This document shows positions 1 to 12,450 of a stretch of 64,000 nt of DNA, piece by piece (within the stretch, counting starts at the first letter, position 1; every line of letters starts with the position of its first letter). The DNA is taken from the NCBI GenBank assembly GCA_946965045.2, contig OX337238.1, forward strand, positions 124,001 to 188,000, given 5' to 3'. This stretch comes from Epithemia pelagica. Lineage: Eukaryota; Protista; Bacillariophyta. A program made the position numbers and the translations under genes. A model generated the notes under the pieces. It made no database searches, was not told the origin of the DNA, and worked only from the letters and a program-made list of their open reading frames with translations.

Positions 1-495
1 TGTGCCGAAGATGTGGCCGGCAAAGTCTTGGCCATTTGGTTTCCCATTTCTGGCTTTATTTTGATTGGCTTGGAGCACGTGATTGCCAATCAATTCTTGA
101 TTCCCACCGGTATGATGTATGCCGGTGCGGCCGGCAAGATTTCCGTCGGTCAATTGTTGTGTGCCCTTTCCGCCGCCACCTTGGGCAATATGGTGGGCGG
201 TGGCCTACTCGTCGGGGCCGTGTACTGGTATATCAATGACTCCATGGCCACATCCGCCAGTTCCAGTGACCCGCCTCAACCCTTGGGCGTGCGATTGCGT
301 CAAGCCATGATTGCCTTTTCCAAAAGCAGTTCCAATCGTGGTGGTGGTGAATCCTCTTCGGCGGCTGCGGCTGCCCGCAAGGGCGAAAAGGTGACGTTGG
401 AAGATGTCAATGAAGAAACGGAACCCTTGGCTCCGGCTTCGGGAGAAGGAGGGTCCAGCAAACCCGCGGCCGCGACGGTGGATCGTATTGTCTAA
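1..495 (+). CDS. Formate/nitrite transporter (FNT/NAR1-like), C-terminal part; gene begins upstream of the window
   Basis: Open frame from base 1. FNT C-terminal motifs AIWFPISGF, GLEHVIAN and TLGNMVGG are recognisable. Confidence 0.9.
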   Translation, partial: CAEDVAGKVLAIWFPISGFILIGLEHVIANQFLIPTGMMYAGAAGKISVGQLLCALSAATLGNMVGGGLLVGAVYWYINDSMATSASSSDPPQPLGVRLRQAMIAFSKSSSNRGGGESSSAAAAARKGEKVTLEDVNEETEPLAPASGEGGSSKPAAATVDRIV

Positions 496-1322
496 ACGAC
501 AAATCGTCGACCGACAAACACGCACACACACGTTCAAAAACACACGCACACACCCACACAACCTGTACCCAGTATGGGTATGGACAGTGTTGGCATACAG
601 TTAGTATTATTATTATTATGATTCTATCCGTTGGGGAAACTGAGGACCACAAGAGACCAGAAAAAAATCACAAAAAATAAACGACAAACACATTTGCATG
701 TATACGCACACACCACCAAGAAGAAGAAGAAGATACGATCCATGGAACAGCCCACAGGACAAACACACACTGACACGAACCAAAACGAATCGACGGTGTT
801 CCAATAAAACCTTTCCAAAAACATGAAGATGAAGAATGCAAAACCAAAACGTAGTAGTATGATGAATCACAGTATTTGTGGAATCGCACGAAATGCTTGT
901 TCTCTACTAGGTCTAGACAAATGGAAGTAGGTGTCATCGTTGGGGAACTGCCAACGGTCAAGATGATTCGCCCTCCTCCTCCCATGGTCCAAACCAAGGA
1001 AGGCTAGCAACAATAGAGGTTTTCCAGTCTGTCCTTCCATCTCACTGCGTCTGCCCGTGCTTCTTACAGTTCACAATTCGATGCCGTCGGTCCATCGTAC
1101 GTCATTCGGAGTTCGGACAGACAGTGGCCCAACAAGCAACGGCATAAATGAATTATGGACGGTCCCATTCCACATTTCCCATGTGTTTTCGGATTGGGCG
1201 CTGTTGGAACCAAGTCGTTTGTCGATTACTCGTGGACCAAGAACCGACCAGTCGACGTCTTCCGTCATTCTCGTCCTCACTCGAAAGCGACGACGAAGGT
1301 CCGCATGCCCGAGACACATTGA

Positions 1323-1517
1323 CCAAATCTTGGTCTCCCTCAAGGTCTCGTGGAAGGTTTCTCTCCATCCGCATTGCCTCTTATGCAGCAACATGCGATT
1401 CCCCATGGTGCTGGTGCAACAGAAGGGGGATCGTTGGTGGCCATGTCGTATTTGCATCAATCCAATAATCCAAGGTTTGAAATTGCCGAACGTCAGTACG
1501 ACAATCCACATGTTTAA
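1323..1517 (+). pseudogene. Short open frame ending in a peptide homologous to the C-terminus of the GPCR at 4304-5710
   Basis: 1434-1504 aligns to 5618-5688 and encodes LVA(M/V)SYLHQSNNPRFEIAERQYDN. An in-frame TGA lies at 1320-1322 and no 7TM region is visible upstream. Confidence 0.45.
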
Positions 1518-4303
1518 AACTTTGGTACCAAAAACAACCACATCAACAACAAGCCCTACAGAAGCAAGCACATGGAAAGATAGTCATTTTGTGAGAGGCC
1601 AAGTACGAGGTCACGACCCGATAAACAATTTTAGTTATTACGTACGGATAAACGAACCTCAAATTGTTTGCTAGCTTCAGGAGACACAGCTCGTGCCATT
1701 GCATGGTTCACGAATGACTGCCTTCCATGGAAGAAATACGAGGCTACTACGTGCCATCAGACCTGTAGAGGACCGAGACAAGACCTTCCATTTCACTGTA
1801 ATGCCGGCATTTCCATTTTCACTTGTGATTAACAGAAGGAAAATGCAACGCGTAGGTTTCTGTGGGAAAGGCGTGATTCACTAGCTTCGGAGAGATTCCC
1901 TCTTGGCCTTTTGCTTTCATTTCAATACAATAAGTTTGCAATTCATGCGGGTCGGTATGCCCGTGTCTCTTTCGCGAAAACAGAAAAATGGTGCTCTGTC
2001 GGAATATGCGTCTCACGTGGCGTTTTCACGCGCGGACGAATGAGAAAAGGAGGGGTCGCGGCTGCAGAGTCATCCGGTACTCACTGAAGGACATCTCAAG
2101 TCTCAAGTCGCTACTTAGTCGTTCAATAAGCGCTCTTATTCATACTGTTTCTTGTTGGGGGTGTTCGGATGGACCAGTATCCCTCCGATTGCGGGGGTAC
2201 CTCCCGTCTGCTGTCCATACGGTTATTCTCAAATTTTCCTAAAAAATGTTAAAAATATTTCTGTCAAATTTCTTTCGATTTAGCACATTATTATAACGTC
2301 CAAGCCAACTGTAATAACTGGCTTCGCCCTATTGTGTAGCCGCTTGCGCTCATGCATGATTGTGAGCCGTGAGACTTGACGAGACATGGACAAAGAAATC
2401 TACAAGCCCATTTTATACTCAATAGTCTATTGTTTCAGAAGCGAGTACTCTTTACGCAGTAGTGGATCTAGCTTCACGGAATCATCACACACACACACAC
2501 CAAACCATGAAATATACAAACATGGTGCAATGCACCTCTAGAGGAGTATCAAAACAAGCTCCTGGCACTTTGTCTATGGGAAAGATAGAAGCATAGTCCA
2601 CTACTAGTTTAGGCTTCCTGCTTCATGGGCTTACATACCCCACGATGACGCTGTCAACCAGTGCACTGGTTGATTATTCATTGCACTGGTGGATTGTCAT
2701 GTTTCATGTTGTCATCCTTCCTTTGATGCATTTTACCTTCACTTGTGATCTAGGTGGATGATTTTGACCATAAAGTTGTCACTTTGGTCGTTCGTCCGGC
2801 TGGGTGGTTTTCTTTTGGTTTTTGGTGTGCTCACTGCTCATGGTCGTCTTTTGTGGTGTTGCTCGAAAAGTGAGACGATTCTTGGCCCATGTGCCAGCAA
2901 TACAAGGCGTGACCGGCGCGACGATTTCGAACGATCGAAGGGAGGCTGGCGATATCACCCGGCAGGCGCTTTGGGAAAAAATACGAGACAATTTTTTTCC
3001 ATTCGGATGACGGACGAACAAAGGTACCCCCCCAATCGCACTCTATTGGATAGTACAATGCAATTCTATCTCTACACTCCCTGCCCAGTATCTTTCTTGT
3101 TGCTTTTGTCAATCTCTTTTGCATCCTGGTAGGGTTGCCATTGTCACATATCTCTGACAGGACTACCTCTGTCCAGTGTCCAGGTCATCAAGGATGACAT
3201 GTGACGAAATATTTCTATCTGGAATGATTCTCCCAATAGCCTATAGCAGGTAGGAGAGTTCCGCCGGTGTTTCGACTTTCGACCTTCTATCATTCTGGTG
3301 GTTCTGAAATCTTGGGCAGTCACGACTACCTCGAGAAACTAATCAACCTACGAATTGTCACTGTAAGGGTCGGAGGTGATGACAGAGAGCAGAAGTAAAA
3401 CCTTGTCAAACGACAGCGATCTTAGAGAGAGGATCGGGTAGTCTAGGAGAGTAGATAGAGAAGACTTTGATTGGTCGGTAAGACGTCAGAGATCGTTGAC
3501 CCTTGACCGTCAGTGGCACTGATCATGGACCGATGAAACAGAAGTACACAAGAAATACGCAAAACTTGTGGGTGAGTGTTCGTGATGCGGGCTATACTAG
3601 AGACGCAGAATGCCAACGTCAATCTCCATTAGTTACAAAAGACCCTGCAAAGAGTCAAAGGAGCCATCCATAAATCTCGTTTTCGCCGACCAACTTTTGA
3701 GACGGCTTGAGCCCGGTGAAGCCATTGAGCTTAAATCAGTCGGACACGAAGGACTTAACAGGGAAAGCAACGAACGTCCAAAGCATGGAAAGCAGCAAGC
3801 CTCGGCAAGGTTACAATAACAAGGCATACTCGTAAGTCATCCCGCATAAGTTACTTAGCGTTTTCGCATGGAAACTCTGCAGGGACAAGATCAACAATCA
3901 ATCTGAAAACTATGACTACTATTTGATTATTGATTGCTGATTCCACGCCTTAAATCCAATTTCTGTCATTATGACCAACCATTATCAATTTTGTCGAACG
4001 AGTCGAATTCACCTATAATCTTCTGGAGTGCGACAAACGTCAAACGGTGTTGTTGTTGCACCAGAGTCTAGTCATAAATTCAAAGGTTGTCACTTTCAAC
4101 AAAGCGTCTCTCCTCGCCTCATTGTTCAACTCTGCCTTGATTTCGCAAGTCCTTGTCGCTGCCTTACTGGACACATTCTTGTCGTCACCAAGCTACAAGA
4201 AAAGTCACTCGTTCCAAGTTAATTTCCCATTCGTTGTCTCATTTCAAGTCTCTTGATCGATCCCAACCTCAAGAACACAAGTCTCATCCTCATCCTCATC
4301 ATC

Positions 4304-5710
4304 ATGTCCAACAATACGGAGCAAACAGTCTTGGCCTTGGTCCCCAAGTTTTCCGGTGGTCTGGGATTACCCAGTGGAATGATTCTATCCTATTACATTT
4401 GGCGCGATCAACGCAGTGGCAAGGGCAATCCCATGTTACGAGCCTTGCTCAGTGTCAGCTTTTACGAAATGCTCGATGCCATGGCCTGGTTCTTGTCCAC
4501 GTGGGCGGCTCCCCGCGAAACCGAGTGGGTATGGGCCTCGGGCACCCAAGCCTCGTGTAGCTTTCAAGGATTTTGGTTGCAATTTGTCATTGGAGCGCCC
4601 CTGTCCAGTTGTGCCTTGGCCTTTTACTTTTATTTGGTAGTGATCCATGACAAGACGCCTCAAGATTTGGCCAATGTGGAAGTCATTTTCTTGTCCTGCA
4701 TTTTTGGCTACGCCCTGCTCACCTCCATCCTTATGCTGCTCTTGGAGCAATACAATCACATTGGAGCCGTGTGTTGGGCGCAAGGATCTCCACCGCTGTG
4801 TGGCAATTCAGTCTACAATGCCAATCCCGACATTCCCTGTGATCGAGGCGATTGGGCCTGGGTCTATGGTATGGTCTTGTTTTACATTCCCGTCTGGATC
4901 TGTTATGTCGTCATTTTCTTTTGTAACGTGTCCATTTACCTCAAGATTCGTCATACACCGGAAGGTGCCTGGTTTGCCAAGCAATCCTTTTTGTACGGTC
5001 TGGCCTTTTGTGTGACGTGGGCTCCCTCCACCGTGTGGTCCATTTTGCATTGGAAGGATGGGGGTAGTTTTTGGTTGGATTTGGCTTCGACCATTTTTGA
5101 ACCCCTGGCCGGCTTTTGGAACTTGAGCATTTTCTTGCACAATCGTCCCAAAACGCGACGACAGCTCGTTCATACCATTCAGTCGACGTTGTGTTGCTGT
5201 GGTCTGTTGGACGACCCGAATGTCCATGCCGCCACGAGTGCTGGTGGTGGCGGCGGTGACGCCGATGAGAGTGAAACCGAAGGACAAATGCCTCAAACAC
5301 CTGGTGAAGTCAAGCAACAGCAACAACAACGACTCTTGATGCAACAGCGGCAACAACGACGGGCCAGCAAGAAGAGTCCGAAACGAGCCTCCAACGAACG
5401 TCAGAGTAGTGACATGCCTGAAGCGGCCTTGCCTCGCGAACAAGCGCCGCCCCCCAGTCATGACATGGTGGCCATGACACCGTCGCAATCCATAGTCTAC
5501 GGTCCTCCCGACGAACCATTGGTGGAAGAAGAAACCAAGGAGCAGACGCCATCTTGTCTGCAGGAGACCACCAACGTACACGTTTCCTACCACCACACCA
5601 GTGGAAAACAAGGTCCCTTGGTGGCCGTTTCCTATTTGCATCAATCCAATAATCCTCGGTTTGAAATTGCCGAACGTCAGTACGACAACAACAATGGGAC
5701 CTTGTCTTAA
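4304..5710 (+). CDS. 7TM GPCR-like protein (cAMP receptor/Git3-like class common in diatoms)
   Basis: About seven hydrophobic segments, GTQASCSFQGFWLQF and VCW motifs, and a low-complexity Q-rich tail. Likely start is MSNNTEQ at 4304. Confidence 0.8.
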   Translation: MSNNTEQTVLALVPKFSGGLGLPSGMILSYYIWRDQRSGKGNPMLRALLSVSFYEMLDAMAWFLSTWAAPRETEWVWASGTQASCSFQGFWLQFVIGAPLSSCALAFYFYLVVIHDKTPQDLANVEVIFLSCIFGYALLTSILMLLLEQYNHIGAVCWAQGSPPLCGNSVYNANPDIPCDRGDWAWVYGMVLFYIPVWICYVVIFFCNVSIYLKIRHTPEGAWFAKQSFLYGLAFCVTWAPSTVWSILHWKDGGSFWLDLASTIFEPLAGFWNLSIFLHNRPKTRRQLVHTIQSTLCCCGLLDDPNVHAATSAGGGGGDADESETEGQMPQTPGEVKQQQQQRLLMQQRQQRRASKKSPKRASNERQSSDMPEAALPREQAPPPSHDMVAMTPSQSIVYGPPDEPLVEEETKEQTPSCLQETTNVHVSYHHTSGKQGPLVAVSYLHQSNNPRFEIAERQYDNNNGTLS

Positions 5711-6663
5711 GAAGAAGATGATGATCAGGCGGACACAGGCAAGACCAAGAACGAGGCCGAGCAACCAACAAGAATGACTAGCTAGAGTTCCATCAAGTGG
5801 TTGTCCCTCATAATATAGTGGTAGTGGAGGGAGACAAGCAAGGATTTGTGGGGAGTGAGCAATGAGTGTTGTGGACTACATGTAGTTTTATTTGGGACAT
5901 GCCTCCATGAGCGCGATTTGTGTGAGCCAATGGGTGCTGGTTTGATACGCTTGTTTGGGCGAAAACGAATGGGGTGCTCTGGATCAAGACGACCAACGAC
6001 GGAGCACGACCTGTTCTTGTATTCGATCCATAGATTAAGATAAAACGAGGATATGGCCGTTTGATCGATTGTTGCGGTTGGATGTAACCTGTAGTATGTA
6101 CTGTGTGAATCGGAAACACTTGGAACCATCCGTTTAACTTTGAGTCACGTTTCATCCCTTGTTTGCAGTGTCTCGGTATATGCAAGAGTTTTGGAACTTC
6201 AACAACACCATGATTCTTGTTCCTGTGATGGAGTCACGGGTTCAGGCACAACTACTACCTGTCGTATGGTTGCCAAGGGACAAACGTCTGCGCGATCCAC
6301 GAAGCGACAAATGATGGAATCTTTGTCCTCATGTTGTTTCCTTTGGTTACAATGCAACGGTCTGTCCGATTGGATGGTCCATGGAACCCCAGCAAGAGAA
6401 GCAGCAGAAGTGGAAAATTGGCGATATCGATTGAATGTTGTAGTGAAGACTTCGCCCGGCGATTGCGTGTTGGGCCGGCGTGGGTCGCAGGTTCATTTCT
6501 GGGGCGCGTGGCGACACGCGCCCATTCGTGTTCCCAGAATTCGGAATCCACGCCCCCCGAACAGAACGACCCGTTCTTATGATCCGTCACGTCACGAGTC
6601 ACGACACAACACTGACCAAAAATAGGTAGAGTAGGTAGCTCTCCTATCTAGCTAGAGGGGTAA

Positions 6664-7421
6664 GGCTATCTCCACCCGAGCGCCGCTATGCTGACGTATT
6701 GGGGCTTTCTGATTGGCCTCGCTATCCGGATAGCGGAATAGCGGAGCCAAACGGAAATAAACTCCACGATCTCCGTTAAAAGAACGCCGCTATCTCGCGT
6801 TGCGCGTACGCCCTCTCTTGTTTCGGTTAAAAAGGGGTGCGGCTTGCGGAATTCAAACAAGACAATCAACGAGAGCACAAAGCATAAACCAAAGATGGAG
6901 GACTCGTTGTTCTCCCTCTTTATTGTTGACTGTCATGGTGAATCATGTTGTTGTTCATGGCCAATGTAGATGTAGGTTTTAGTTTGCAGTCCAATCGTCC
7001 TATTGTATTCCCTGTCCCATTTCCGATTGATTGTCTGATAATCGAACATACCAATAGTTTGAATGATGCATTTGTTTGATTGTTGCATTCCTTCCGATCC
7101 GTGATCCTCGAATCATTTTGCTGTGCATGGTTCTTGTCCCATTGTAGGAAGTAGGGAACACAACAATGGAAAAAGAGATGGTAAGCGATCGTCACAAATC
7201 AATACGTGCCATTGCCATGTTTTCGACAAGAGAGGTACTGTTGGCAGCAGACGTTAATTTATTTATGCCGACGGTTATATTTTGCTCCGCTATTTTCCCC
7301 GCTATTCGGGGCCCCAAATAGCGGCAAAAATAGCGGATAGCAGAGCTGTTTAGCGGTTAGAGGAGATGGTGGAGTTCGATAGCAGTTTTTGGACCTTTAG
7401 CGGCCCCGGGTGGAGATAGCC
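6664..7421. mobile_element. 758-bp PIF/Harbinger (Tourist-like) MITE
   Basis: Perfect 15-bp TIR GGCTATCTCCACCCG (6664-6678 and 7407-7421). TAA target-site duplication at 6661-6663 and 7422-7424. Repeated CCGCTA/TAGCGG subterminal motifs and no transposase ORF. Confidence 0.9.
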
Positions 7422-8292
7422 TAAGGTAGCACCATGGAGATTCGTTTCGTGGGAGGATTCTTGAAAGAGGAAGAGATCAATCATAGAGTTCCACTTTATG
7501 AGAGTTGAGAGGCCACACCAGGATGATCTGACATGGGAGCAAATTACTCCTACTCCTGTTTGGTTCGTCCCTATCTCGATGGGATCCCTCTTCTCTCTTT
7601 GGTCAAGGTCCTGTTGACAGTGCGAATTACTGCGTGACCTATCTGGACGCTTTCGACGTCACCTCGACACCCACAAGAACATGATTCATCTTGAGAAAGA
7701 CAGACGCTTGAGTCTCTTCCATGTGGCTGTCTCTCATTCGTCGTTGTGTCCGTCCGTCTGACGGGTGCGGAACAGCCCTTCTTCTCGCCGAGCGAACAGA
7801 CCATGTGTGTCATGGTAGGTGGCATAGTTATAGTTCGAGTCCTACTCAAAAGCAACAACCGCTGAGATGATGTCATAACCGAACAGAGACAGAGACAGTT
7901 CGATGTGAAGCACAAGAGAATTTCTGGATTGTGTGCTGTCCAAGAAACACGAGGGAGAGACTTCTTCTTACAACAACTCAATCACGAGACGATTCATCCT
8001 CCAAGCACAACAAGTACCTAGAGACAAAAAAAGTTGTTGTTGTCTTTTTGATTTTCTCCAACGCGCCATTGTCTCTGGCGAGATTCTTTGGGTTGGCTTT
8101 GATTGCCTAGTAGTAGAATCGAATCGGAGGCCACAACAAAACATTATTCTTGTCTCTCGTCTCTCTCCAAGATAGCCGAGAGAGAAGGATAACTTGCAAC
8201 ACCAATTGAAATCCGAAACACAATTCCAACCCTGGACCGGCCAAGTCCAAATTCCAGAACCGATTCCAATCATCACCATATTATAGAGAAGT

Positions 8293-9168
8293 ATGGTGTA
8301 TCCCCATCATCGTCATTCGCATGCCCGTCCCCATGGTCGATCGGCGCCGCACCACACGACCAAAAAGAAAAAGGGCCGTCCGCATCGTGTGCCACGACAT
8401 GCACATGTGCAACATGAGGCACATTGTACCGGCCTCGAAGTGCAACAGTGGGCCTGGAATGCGACCGAATGGCCTCGCTTGGTCGGTGGATGGCGTCAAC
8501 ATCATGCCAGTCTCACCCTGGAAACGCACCACCATGACAATAGTGGTGGTGATGGTGCCACACAAACGTCAGCGTCCGCACTGGTGGTTTTAGGTGGACA
8601 AGTTCAAGATGGATCCATTACCAATTCTGTCCTGGTATTGCCCATTCACAACAACAACAATAACGCCATCTTGCCCTCCCAACAAGGGCCCTGGCAGTAC
8701 GGACCACCCTTGCACGAACAACGCTATGGCTTGGCCGCCGTGGTAGTGCCCTCTTCTTGTTCCTCACAATCACACTCACAATCACAAGAGGACTGGATTT
8801 TGGCCATTGGCGGACATACGGGGAGTGATATTTTGGATACCATTGAATGCCTTCCCGCGCAGCAACTTTTTCAGGAATCACCACCAACCGCCTCCTGGCA
8901 ACCCTTGAAAACGCGCTTGTCCTCGCCGCGATGGGGCTGTGCGGCCGTCGTGGTATCCTCGTCCAATCATTCTTTTATTTGTGTCATGGGTGGCAATTCC
9001 GGCATGAATCCCTTGGCGACTATGGATTTGTGTCAATTGTCCACCACTACTCCAAGTGGTGATGATTCGGTTCCACGAGCCGTGACCATTACCGTGACTC
9101 CTGGTCCTTCCATGCAAGTGGCTCGATGGTATGGCGGATCGGCCGCCATTCGGCACTCATCCTCATCC

Positions 9169-9211
<43 letters not shown>

Positions 9212-10248
9212 GGACCTCGGTGTACATGGTGGGTGGAGTCGATGAAAATGGAATACGATCCAATACGGTCGAATGTTTGGAATGGAATTTGGACCCATTG
9301 GATGAGAATGAGGAATTATCGGACCACCAGGTCCACCCAGAGAATTTCTCGTCATTCTCTTGGAACTTGTGTCCCGACTTGTCACTACCACATGGCTTGT
9401 CGGGTCATGCCGTCGTGGCCTGTCCGGCTCCCTCGTGTTTGATTGTCGCCGGTGGATACAATGGTCAAGCCGCCTTGGATACCGTCCATGTCGTGGATCC
9501 GACCCGCGCCGTCGTCTGGGCCTTGCCTCCGTTGCAAGTTCCTCGCTATGCCGCTACCTTGGTGTCTTTGTCGAATCAATGGTTGGTCGTCGGTGGTCAT
9601 GGCAATTCCGCCTCGCAATCGGTCGAATCGCTCACGTATTGTCCCCTGGAACATGCGCATCAAATTCCCCCCATTCTCGAACGGGCGCGACAAACCCATG
9701 CCCTGTGGACACAGCAGTTGCACGAGTTGAATCAAGAACTCGTGGGACACGAAGAAGAGGACGAACCAGAACACGAAGAAGACGACGAGGAACAGCAAGC
9801 TAATCATGAAAAAGACAAGGAACAGGGCAAACGTACCATGGATCCTTTGGAACCGCACCACGATTCCTCCACTGGCAACAGTAGTAGCAGTGCCGCCGCC
9901 TTGCTCTTGTCGTCCCGCCGTCGTCGACGACGACGTCGATTGCAACAGCAACACCAATCATCCACGTCCTCATCCACGGCTGGCACCGCCCCTACAACCA
10001 CCACAAGGGTCCCCCACACACTCCCCACATCGCGCAAAGAACGCAAATTGCACTTGCAACAGCAACAACGCGCCAGTTGGGAATGGTATCAACGCTTGCA
10101 AACGCGATTTCATACCCTTGTCTATTATCAGTTACGAACCGGACGACCGCAATTGCACGTGCCACGACAACTCCGTGTGGGATCGTTGTCGTGCCAGTAT
10201 CAACCACAGCCACAAACAGCCGGCACGGCCACCGCAATCGACATCTAA
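8293..10248 (+). CDS. Kelch-repeat (beta-propeller) protein with low-complexity inserts and an acidic/Q-rich C-terminus
   Basis: Repeated Kelch units (PLHEQRYGLAAV..ILAIGG..DTIECL; SPRWGCAAV..VMGG; PSMQVARW..YMVGG..TVECL; LIVAGG..DTVHVVDP; LQVPRYAA..LVVGG). Poly-Thr from an (ACA)n tract. Confidence 0.85.
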
Positions 10249-10321
10249 TATCTCTAAACACTCTTGTACAAACAGCAATGAATGGACCCTGAAAGACGAC
10301 GATGACGACGACGAAGAACCA

Positions 10322-10605
10322 AAGGCTCCTCATGACCACTGCCGCAATTGCATATATATCTATATCGAGTTTCAGGATGAGTAGGATTGGAACAATATGC
10401 TTCCAGTGAGTAGAAGAAGAATAACGAATTCTATATTGTAACAATGCATGTATCAGAGAGGTTCAGTTTGTACCATGGAAACGGTCCAATCGAATGGATG
10501 CACATTCATGGACGCTCTCTCTCGATCTCTCGAACGATCTATTGACAAAACTTTTTTGACTATAGGTGGACTGTTATCCAACAGAAGCATGCGGTTCTGC
10601 TTGCG

Positions 10606-10637
<32 letters not shown>

Positions 10638-10830
10638 AAGAAGAAGAAGGCTCCTCATGACTACTGCCGCAATTCTGCATATACATCTATATCGAGTTTC
10701 AGGATTGGTAGGATGGAAACAATCATATGCTTCCCAACAGCGTAGAAGAAGAATAACAAATTTCTAAAGTGTAACAATGCATGTATAAGAAAGGTTCATT
10801 TTCCATTAAAGGTCCAGTCGAATGGATGTA
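10322..10830. repeat. Diverged ~180-bp direct repeat (10322-10500 and 10647-10830) with a (GAA)n tract at ~10608-10648 between the copies
   Basis: Both copies start AAGGCTCCTCATGAC, share ATCTATATCGAGTTTCAGGAT and TGTAACAATGCATGTAT, and end near GAATGGATG. Confidence 0.8.
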
Positions 10831-10893
10831 CTTCCCGGAAACGCGCGAGCCCATATAGTGTAGCCCTACCTACCTAGCAGCTACTTGTTGTCG

Positions 10894-12450
10894 TTATTGT
10901 TCTTGTGCCACCACATGGTTCGTCTCCCAGTCTTGCAAGGCTTGATACGAGGGTTGCAAATAAGTTTTCGCGGCTCGTCGAATGGCGGCCGAAGCGTGGT
11001 CTTGTTTCGATTGGGCATCGCCCTGAAATTCCCCTCTGGACACTTTGGAGGATTGGTGGGGTACACTTCCCGCCTTGCTATAACTGGTACTGCCCTGCTG
11101 CAAGCGTTGCAACGTCACGACAGGATCCGGTCCCAAGGTCAAATTCCAGTGGTACCACAAGGACTGGGGATCCGTTGCGGGCAAGAGCAAACGGTGGGGC
11201 AAATCGTGATAATTGACGGGCCAGCCCAATTGTCGTTGTTGTGGTTGTTGCAATTCGGAAAGGGCCGCTTGGACCAGCGTGGCCAAATGAGCGGCACAAT
11301 AGTCTTCGACCGACAAGTCGCGGGGGTTGGTGGTCGTCGCATCCGTCGAGTATTGGTGGACCAGGCGACGAATCGCATCGGGAGGATGCCGTTGACTGGC
11401 CACACAATTGGCGCGACGCTTATCGGGGATGGACAAGTGACTCATGAGAACTTCAACCGGATCGCGATAGACAAAGATCCAGGGGGTCGTGGCAAAGACG
11501 GCTCGAAAGGTGGACAGATACAAGGTTCCCATGGATTGGACCTTGAAAAAGACGCGGCGTTTGTGGGTGTTGGCCGACCGTGACATGAGCAACGCCACAT
11601 CCGACAAGACTTGATGGCCCAATGGTGTGTCGTGTTCGTGTTCGGAATTGGCGGCAAATCGAAGCGCGGCCAAAAAGGGTGCCGATTCACTATAGACAAT
11701 ATTTTCCTGGGGATTGTGCCATTGCAACAAATTGGCCACGAGCGTGGAACCACACCGCGATTCGTGAAAGACGACCCCGGCCAAATCCAAGATGCGAACT
11801 GGGTGGCTATCGTTGGTGTCATGATAACGTTTGACGGCTTGTACAACGGTATACAAGTCGAGTTTGTACGAGGTTTCGTGACAATTGGACTGTTGTACGA
11901 CATGGCGAAACATTGGTGATTGAGAAGGATCTTGTTCGTGTTGCGACCAATCCAATTTGCAAAAGGTGCCTTCGATCCACTTGGCATACTTCTTGGCATT
12001 ACTATTTTGTGGTGGTGGCCGTGGGGGTGGATGAATGTCCAAGTCAATCAATTGCAAGCGACCTTGCAAGATTTGCTCCAAAATTTCTTCCTTGTGCAGC
12101 GACGGTTTGTCATCTTGTGCATCGTCGTCCTTTTCTTCTTCTTCTGGTCGTTTCTTCTTGTTGTTGTTGTTGTGGTGGTGCTGTGTTTCGTCCTGGTGAT
12201 TTCGCAGTCCTTGGGCAGACCGTCGCGCTGCCATGGCATTCGTGGCACGGTCAGCCAACTCGGGTGTCGACGAGTGGGGACTACTGGAGGAAAAGACGAG
12301 AGTGACACTGGTATCGACGATATAGACACAGGCGGTAAATCCAACGACCAAGACGACACACAAGCTCGCTCCCACCAACAAGGCATGGCACTGTCGCTTG
12401 CGTTGTCGACGACGCCAGACACGGCCCTGCTGGTTCAACACTTGGACCAT
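10894..12450 (-). CDS. Type II membrane sulfotransferase-like P-loop protein, paralog A
   Basis: N-terminal TM (ALLVGASLCVVLVVGFTACVYIV), 5'-PSB-like FHESRCGSTL motif and 3'-PB-like FVYRDPVEVLMS motif. Likely start MVQVL at 12450. Confidence 0.75.
   Translation of the reverse strand: MVQVLNQQGRVWRRRQRKRQCHALLVGASLCVVLVVGFTACVYIVDTSVTLVFSSSSPHSSTPELADRATNAMAARRSAQGLRNHQDETQHHHNNNNKKKRPEEEEKDDDAQDDKPSLHKEEILEQILQGRLQLIDLDIHPPPRPPPQNSNAKKYAKWIEGTFCKLDWSQHEQDPSQSPMFRHVVQQSNCHETSYKLDLYTVVQAVKRYHDTNDSHPVRILDLAGVVFHESRCGSTLVANLLQWHNPQENIVYSESAPFLAALRFAANSEHEHDTPLGHQVLSDVALLMSRSANTHKRRVFFKVQSMGTLYLSTFRAVFATTPWIFVYRDPVEVLMSHLSIPDKRRANCVASQRHPPDAIRRLVHQYSTDATTTNPRDLSVEDYCAAHLATLVQAALSELQQPQQRQLGWPVNYHDLPHRLLLPATDPQSLWYHWNLTLGPDPVVTLQRLQQGSTSYSKAGSVPHQSSKVSRGEFQGDAQSKQDHASAAIRRAAKTYLQPSYQALQDWETNHVVAQEQ

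Noticed and set aside
1680-4250. Short ORFs and repeated CTAGCTTC words in the FNT-GPCR intergenic region
   Set aside because: No TIR/TSD pair, homology or coding motif could be supported.
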